A stretch of DNA of 64,000 nt. It comes from Candidatus Cloacimonadales bacterium (lineage in GTDB: Bacteria; Cloacimonadota; Cloacimonadia; Cloacimonadales; JAIOQZ01). Below are positions 58,281-64,000 of this stretch, piece by piece (position 1 is the stretch's first letter; each line of letters opens with the position of its first letter). The stretch is from assembly GCA_963662655.2 (NCBI GenBank), contig CAXXTU010000002.1, positions 3,488,001 to 3,552,000 of the forward strand. The letters are read 5' to 3'. The position numbers and the translations under genes were made by a program. The notes under the pieces were generated by a model. That model made no database searches, had not been told where the DNA came from, and was given only the letters and a program-made list of their open reading frames with translations.

Positions 58281-59691
58281 CTTGATCCTCCACGGGATGG
58301 CGAACAGCTTCGATCTCCTCGTCGCTTCGCTGTAGCAATTGCATGGCCTTGATGAGATTTGCTCGCAGGATGGGGGACGTCTTGCGCTCGTTCAGCGCCC
58401 ACTGCAGGAGTTTCTCGGCCTCTTCGTAGGAGCCGGAGTACATCTGCGAAAGCGCTTGCGCATCGAGCAAGTAGGGATTGTCGAGAAGGCTGTGCGAGGG
58501 CAGCCGCTCTCGCATGGAAGAGAGCCCCTCCAGGCGGAAGGCCCAGAGCGCGCTGTTGATGGACGTCTCGACAACGCGTGTCGAGTAAGTCATTTCGAGC
58601 AGTTCCTCGATACGGGAACGATCCTCCATAGGGATAATCACCGATTCGGCTTCAGGTTTGAGAATAGGAATGCGGATTTTCTGCCCCACGTAGATGCGCG
58701 AGGGATCGGCGAGGTTGTTGTACTCGGCGATGGCCTTGACGTTGTCCCGATAGGCCGGATCGGCTCCGGGCGGCAGGTTGCGGGAAATTCGGGTGAGGTT
58801 GTCGCCGGAAGCGATCGTGATCTCCGTCTCGGAGGGCTGGAAATCGTCCACCGAGCTTAGAATGCCCAGCGTTTTATACTGGCGTGGCGTCTTGACGATC
58901 GCGTAGTGCTTGGGCTCGAACCGGACGGGCGGCGTAAACGGTCCCGACATAAATGCCATGCGCAGCTCGCGGGATTCCCTGTCCTTGGTGCCGGTGGTTT
59001 CGCCATACTGCGCGAAGAATCCCTCGAACTGCACGGAAAGCCCGGCGCGGTACATCGCGTCGTCGAACGGCCCGTCGGCATCCAGCGAAGCGCCGGCATA
59101 CAGGCAGATACCTCCTCCGGTGAGATCGCCCAGTAGTTCGGTATCAAGCGTGTTATCCGTATCCCAGGAGAATCTTGTCGTGAAGTGGCGATTGAAGATC
59201 AACGATGCAGAGGCGGAGAAGAGATTATCGCTATCGCCGGAGTCCAGCTTTCTGGTGTAACGATCGTGAAATCCGAATTGGAGATTCCCCGATGGCTTCA
59301 CGGTTATGCCCGGGTGGAAGCAAAGCATGGCTTCGTCGCTCTCTTCCAGCCAGCCGGCCTCGATGTCCAGGCCGGTATAAACGATGGATGACAATCTGTA
59401 GGAGACTCCCATGCCTCCGATGGTTTGCGTCTTCCGATCTTCCAGATGGAGCGTCGAGGAAACGTAGTATCCAAGGCCGGATCGAGTGGGTTTGTGCCAG
59501 TTCAGTTGGAAAACTGTAAATCTCTCGATCCCACCTCTTTCGGGATGGTCGTCCACCCGGAAATTCCAGGTGGAGTAGAACCACTCCGCCCGGGATGACG
59601 GGTTGTCGCTTTGCTTGAAGAAAAAGGGACGCTCCCAGGCATAAGCGGTGGCCGTCAGGAGCGTCAAAACAATCAGGAGAAGGCGTTTCAT
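58267..59691 (-). CDS. Exported protein: beta-strand-rich (barrel-like) N-terminus + LysM + TPR
   Basis: Signal peptide MKRLLL at 59691 (overlaps the pyrF stop); ASGDNLTRIS...IAEYNNLADPSRIYVGQKIRIP. Confidence 0.75.
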   Translation of the reverse strand: MKRLLLIVLTLLTATAYAWERPFFFKQSDNPSSRAEWFYSTWNFRVDDHPERGGIERFTVFQLNWHKPTRSGLGYYVSSTLHLEDRKTQTIGGMGVSYRLSSIVYTGLDIEAGWLEESDEAMLCFHPGITVKPSGNLQFGFHDRYTRKLDSGDSDNLFSASASLIFNRHFTTRFSWDTDNTLDTELLGDLTGGGICLYAGASLDADGPFDDAMYRAGLSVQFEGFFAQYGETTGTKDRESRELRMAFMSGPFTPPVRFEPKHYAIVKTPRQYKTLGILSSVDDFQPSETEITIASGDNLTRISRNLPPGADPAYRDNVKAIAEYNNLADPSRIYVGQKIRIPILKPEAESVIIPMEDRSRIEELLEMTYSTRVVETSINSALWAFRLEGLSSMRERLPSHSLLDNPYLLDAQALSQMYSGSYEEAEKLLQWALNERKTSPILRANLIKAMQLLQRSDEEIEAVRHPVEDQDANR

Positions 59692-60494
59692 TCGAGGTTG
59701 CTCAGGCTTTCCTGTATCTTGTTCCTGAGTTCTTCCGTTGCCTTCCATGCGGCTTCCGCGAAGTCCTTCCCATCCGATTTATAGATGATTCCGCGTGAAG
59801 AGTTGATCAGGAATCTCGGATCGTCCCGGGTCATGCTCGCAAGCCGTACGACAGCATCGAGGTCTCCGCCTTGCGCCCCGATTCCAGGCACGAGGAAGAG
59901 GGTTTTCGGCATCAGGCGGCGCATGTCGGCTAGCTCTTCGGTGTTGGTAGCTCCGACGACCGCTCCGAGGCGTGTCTCATCGCTCTCGCCGAGCCAGCTC
60001 GCGATCCGCTGATGGAGGTTTTCCGCCTTGAGGAAATCGACTGCGCCCGGATTGGATGTAACTGCAAGGACGAAGCAGTAGCTTTTCGGGATATCCAGGA
60101 TGGTCTGGATCGTGTCCTTGCCCATCAGGGGATTCACGGTAATCGCGTCTGCGCGGTAGTTCTCGAAGAAGGTCTTTCCATACTGATGCATCGTGTTGGG
60201 GATGTCTCCAACCTTCACGTCGAGGATGACCGGCACTTTTCCCTTGAGGGTGTTCGCGGTTTCTTCCAGCGCCTCCATGCCCATTTTCCCCGCGGCGAGG
60301 TAAAACGCGTAGTTGAGCTTGTAGGCGGCGGCAACATCGCGGGTCGCTTCGATGATCTCGCGATTGAACGTGGTCATCGGATTTCGGAATTCCTTCAGGA
60401 ACGACGGAATCTTCGCGGGGTCGGTGTCCAGCCCCACGCATACCTGCGAGCGATTGCATTTCGCTGCTTGAATGTATTTATCCCAGAAATTCAT
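59688..60494 (-). CDS. pyrF: Orotidine-5'-phosphate decarboxylase (type 2)
   Basis: CVGLD, LDVKVGDIPNT, VVGAT, LVPGIGAQGG, INSSRGI. Confidence 0.95.
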   Translation of the reverse strand: MNFWDKYIQAAKCNRSQVCVGLDTDPAKIPSFLKEFRNPMTTFNREIIEATRDVAAAYKLNYAFYLAAGKMGMEALEETANTLKGKVPVILDVKVGDIPNTMHQYGKTFFENYRADAITVNPLMGKDTIQTILDIPKSYCFVLAVTSNPGAVDFLKAENLHQRIASWLGESDETRLGAVVGATNTEELADMRRLMPKTLFLVPGIGAQGGDLDAVVRLASMTRDDPRFLINSSRGIIYKSDGKDFAEAAWKATEELRNKIQESLSNLE

Positions 60495-60503
60495 AGGGTT
60501 CCC

Positions 60504-61055
<552 letters not shown>

Positions 61056-61063
61056 TCAAGGAT

Positions 61064-61972
61064 TTAGCTTTCAATTCCGTTGACCTTTCCGATGATGTCG
61101 GAAAGGGTTTGGTCGTTATTTATCAGAAAATCTCTCAGTCCGTCAATGATCTGAATCGTGGCGTCCGGCTGAACGAAGTTCCTCGTTCCGATTGCGACAG
61201 CCGATGCGCCGGCATAGAAGAATTCCAGAGCGTCCTGCCACGTAGAAATCCCGCCCATGGCAAGGATGGGAATCCTCACATTTTGCGCAACCCTGAAAAC
61301 CTGAAACAACGCCACCGGCTTAATCGCCCTGCCGCTGTAACCGGCTCCGCCGCGCGCGATGCGGCTTTTTCCCGTTTGCCAGTCGATCGCCATCCCGATG
61401 AGTGTGTTGATGAGCGCGATGGTTGTCGCGCCGCCTTCTTCGGCAGCCCGGGCGATGGCCACGATGTCCGTCACGTTGGGCGAAAGCTTCACGATCAGCT
61501 CTCGCTCCGTTATCTTCGCGAGTTCTCTCGTAAGCTCGTAAACCACCTTGGGATCGGTTCCGAAGGCGAGCCCTTCCTTCTCGACGTTCGGGCAGGAGAC
61601 GTTCACTTCGTATCCCGCGATCCCCTCGAAAGACTCCATCCGCTCCAGCATCTTGCGAAACTGGCCGATGGAATTCCCGGAGAAGCTGACCAGGATGGGG
61701 GTGTCGAATTCGCGGTAGCGGGGGAGATCGTCTCGAAGAAATCCTTCCAGGCCGGGATTCTGCAACCCGATGGAATTCAGGAGCCCACACTCCGTTTCGA
61801 ACAGGCGCGGAGGCTTGTTCCCCTGGCGCGGGTCCATGGTGATGGTTTTCGTGACGAGCGCGCCAAGCCTGCTCAGGTCGAAGAAATCGGCGTAGTTGAT
61901 CCCAAAGGTTCCCGAAGCAACCGTAACCGGGTTTTTCAACGTCAGTTTACCGAGTCTCGCGGTCATTTCCAT
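61064..61972 (-). CDS. pyrD: Dihydroorotate dehydrogenase 1B catalytic subunit
   Basis: KNPVTVASGT, NSIGLQNPG, NVSCPN, VKLSPNV, INTL. Confidence 0.95.
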   Translation of the reverse strand: MEMTARLGKLTLKNPVTVASGTFGINYADFFDLSRLGALVTKTITMDPRQGNKPPRLFETECGLLNSIGLQNPGLEGFLRDDLPRYREFDTPILVSFSGNSIGQFRKMLERMESFEGIAGYEVNVSCPNVEKEGLAFGTDPKVVYELTRELAKITERELIVKLSPNVTDIVAIARAAEEGGATTIALINTLIGMAIDWQTGKSRIARGGAGYSGRAIKPVALFQVFRVAQNVRIPILAMGGISTWQDALEFFYAGASAVAIGTRNFVQPDATIQIIDGLRDFLINNDQTLSDIIGKVNGIES

Positions 61973-62715
61973 ACGACATTCTCCCCGTTGAACACGGGCC
62001 CGTCCTTGCAGACGGTCTTATACACGATTTCATCATTCTCTTTGATTGCTACGGCGCATCCGTAACAGACCCCGATTCCGCAGGCCATGTATGCTTCCAG
62101 CGAGAGCTCGCACTGCACGCGATAAGCTTTTGCAAGTTCCGCGCACCGCTTGAGGAGCGGCTCCGGTCCGCAGGCGAAAAGCCAGTCGAAACCACCTTCC
62201 GAAAGCGCTTTCTCCACGCCGATGGTTGCAAAGCCCTTGCTGCCGCATGAGCCGTCGTCGGTGAATACGCAATCGGTATCGAACGCGTCCTGCTTGCAGC
62301 GTCCTCCGTGAACCCACCAAATCCGGTTGGATTCGTCCAGCGATTTCTTTAGCATGAACATCGGAGGATAGCCTATGCCACCGCTGACGAGCAGCACCCT
62401 TTTATCTGTCGGTCTGGTGAAGGAATTGCCCAGCGGCCCGACGACATCGAGCGCATCGCCGGGTTTCAGCGTCGAGAGCTGGCGCGTGCCGTCACCGACG
62501 ATCTTGATCATCATCCCGATCTCATCTGCGTGCTTGTCGTACGCGCTGATGGGGATACGCAACCTTTCGCTGCCCGGGGTCATGATCTCGAAGAACTGCC
62601 CGGGCTCGAGCAGCTCGGACATCTCCGGCGAGGAAAACCACAGTTCGAAGTAAGCATCGTTGATTTGCACGGTTCTGGTGATCCGGCAAACCTGATTGAT
62701 TACTCTTTTTCCCAT
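61963..62715 (-). CDS. pyrK: Dihydroorotate dehydrogenase electron transfer subunit
   Basis: PGQF, GPLGN, GGIGYPP, ACGP, MACGIGVCYGC...CKDGPVF. Confidence 0.93.
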   Translation of the reverse strand: MGKRVINQVCRITRTVQINDAYFELWFSSPEMSELLEPGQFFEIMTPGSERLRIPISAYDKHADEIGMMIKIVGDGTRQLSTLKPGDALDVVGPLGNSFTRPTDKRVLLVSGGIGYPPMFMLKKSLDESNRIWWVHGGRCKQDAFDTDCVFTDDGSCGSKGFATIGVEKALSEGGFDWLFACGPEPLLKRCAELAKAYRVQCELSLEAYMACGIGVCYGCAVAIKENDEIVYKTVCKDGPVFNGENVVWK

Positions 62716-63971
62716 GTGATTCTGCCCTCGCAAAGCGTCATGACGATCTGTCCCTTGAATGTCTGACCGATGAACGGTGTGTTTTTCGATTTCGAAAGCA
62801 TGTTGTCGGTAGTGATTTCCTGCTCAGCGTTCAGGTCGGCGATCGCGATATCGGCGGGGTAACCTTCTTTGATTATGCTCGCTTCGCGCTTGAGGAACAA
62901 TGCCGGCTTCTCCGACATCGAGCGCACGAGCACTTCCAACGGGATCACGCCTGGGATTACGAGGCGATCGTAGAGCGTTGTGAAGGCTGTTTCGAAACCG
63001 TTGATGCCATAAGGGGCCAGCGTGAATTCGCGTGCTTTCTCGAAATCGGCGTGCGGCGCGTGGTCGGTCGCGATGAAATCGATGGTGCCGTCCAGAAGCC
63101 CCTCGATGCAAGCCTGGCGATCCTCTTCCGTACGCAGCGGCGGCTTGACTTTTGTGTTGGTATCGAAGTCTTCGCAGGCGTTCTCCGTAAGCAGCAGATG
63201 ATGCGGTGTTACTTCCGTGGTGATGGAGATGCCTTCGCTTTTTGCCTGCCGGATGAGCTGAACCGAGCGTTTCGTGGAAACGTGCGCGATGTGCACGGCA
63301 CATTTCGTTTTTTCGGCGAACATGATATCGCGCGAGATCATGATTTCTTCCGCCAGTCCGGGGATTCCACCCAGCCCGAGTTTGGTGGACATTCTTCCGG
63401 CGTTGATCTGGCCTTTGCCGGCGAGACTGTAGTCCTCGGCGTGGACGATGACCGGAATGTTGAAGCTCGACGCGTATTTGAGGGCGTTCATCTTGAGCTT
63501 GGCGTTCTGGATGCAGCCGCCGTCATCACTCACCGCGACGATTCCGCCTTCCACCATGGTCGCGATCTCGGCGATCTCTTTACCTTCGGATTTCTTGCTC
63601 AGCGCACCGACAACGAGAACCTTGCAGGAGCCCAGGTCGTTTGCTTTACGCTTGATGTATTCCACGGTGGCGATGTTGTCGACCACCGGCTCGGTGTTCG
63701 CCATGGCGCAGACGGTGGTGAATCCGCCCTTTGCCGCCGCCCTTGTACCGCTGACGATGTCTTCCTTGTAAATCTGACCCGGGTCGCGCAAGTGGCTGTG
63801 GAGGTCGAAGAATCCCGGAAATACATGCTTGCCTTCCGCGTCGATTACCCGATCCGCGTCGGCTGCCAGTTTTTCGCCAATACCTATGATTTTTGTATCT
63901 TCGATCAGGATGTCGAGCTTCTGGAGCGCACCCTGGTAATATATGGTTCCGTTTTTAATGAGTGTAGTCAT
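62700..63971 (-). CDS. pyrC: Dihydroorotase
   Basis: DLHSHLRDPG, AAAKGGFTT, EVTPHHL, KVKPPLR, ATDHAPH. Confidence 0.96.
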   Translation of the reverse strand: MTTLIKNGTIYYQGALQKLDILIEDTKIIGIGEKLAADADRVIDAEGKHVFPGFFDLHSHLRDPGQIYKEDIVSGTRAAAKGGFTTVCAMANTEPVVDNIATVEYIKRKANDLGSCKVLVVGALSKKSEGKEIAEIATMVEGGIVAVSDDGGCIQNAKLKMNALKYASSFNIPVIVHAEDYSLAGKGQINAGRMSTKLGLGGIPGLAEEIMISRDIMFAEKTKCAVHIAHVSTKRSVQLIRQAKSEGISITTEVTPHHLLLTENACEDFDTNTKVKPPLRTEEDRQACIEGLLDGTIDFIATDHAPHADFEKAREFTLAPYGINGFETAFTTLYDRLVIPGVIPLEVLVRSMSEKPALFLKREASIIKEGYPADIAIADLNAEQEITTDNMLSKSKNTPFIGQTFKGQIVMTLCEGRITWEKE

Positions 63972-64000
63972 GATTCATCTCCTTTTGCCATTACATTTCG

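Noticed and set aside
63968..64000. Possible 3' end of pyrB overlapping the pyrC start (…RNVMAKGDES-stop)
   Set aside because: Only ten codons are visible; identity cannot be supported

Overview
64 kb of a diderm bacterial chromosome, probably FCB-superphylum-related (Cloacimonadota-like; inferred from T9SS/FlgD-type C-terminal sorting domains, PorU/PorV-like genes and gene order, not from a marker search). Left to right: the 3' end of an aryl-polyene/flexirubin-like type II fatty acid/polyketide cluster (KS, chain-length-factor-like KS, LolA-like, lipoprotein, MMPL exporter); an Eis-like GNAT; an acidic CTD-bearing secreted protein; purA; two outer-membrane beta-barrels and an AEC transporter; a large Alu-domain SRP RNA; hisS-proS-cinA-purD; a PorU-like C25 peptidase/PorV/lipoprotein block followed by minimal Wza/Wzc; a housekeeping block (ispE-prs-rplY-pth-rpsF-ssb-rpsR-DUF2232-rplI...rpe-ffh-rpsP-khpA-rimM-trmD-SPOUT-rplS); alpha-2-macroglobulin; a zincin/beta-propeller/beta-barrel gene broken by six apparent homopolymer insertions; degP; a saccharopine dehydrogenase-family enzyme; EamA; a repeat + clan-CD-like lipoprotein; zupT; and a minus-strand pyrC-pyrK-pyrD-pyrR-pyrF operon running into two multidomain peptidoglycan genes. 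No tRNA, rRNA, CRISPR array, transposase or prophage was recognised. Most notable: the sortase-like T9SS module beside polysaccharide export, a 12-Tyr run in Wzc from a perfect 12-bp x3 repeat, an ispE N-terminus with no canonical start codon, several structured intergenic elements, and promoters with a strong -35 but degenerate -10.
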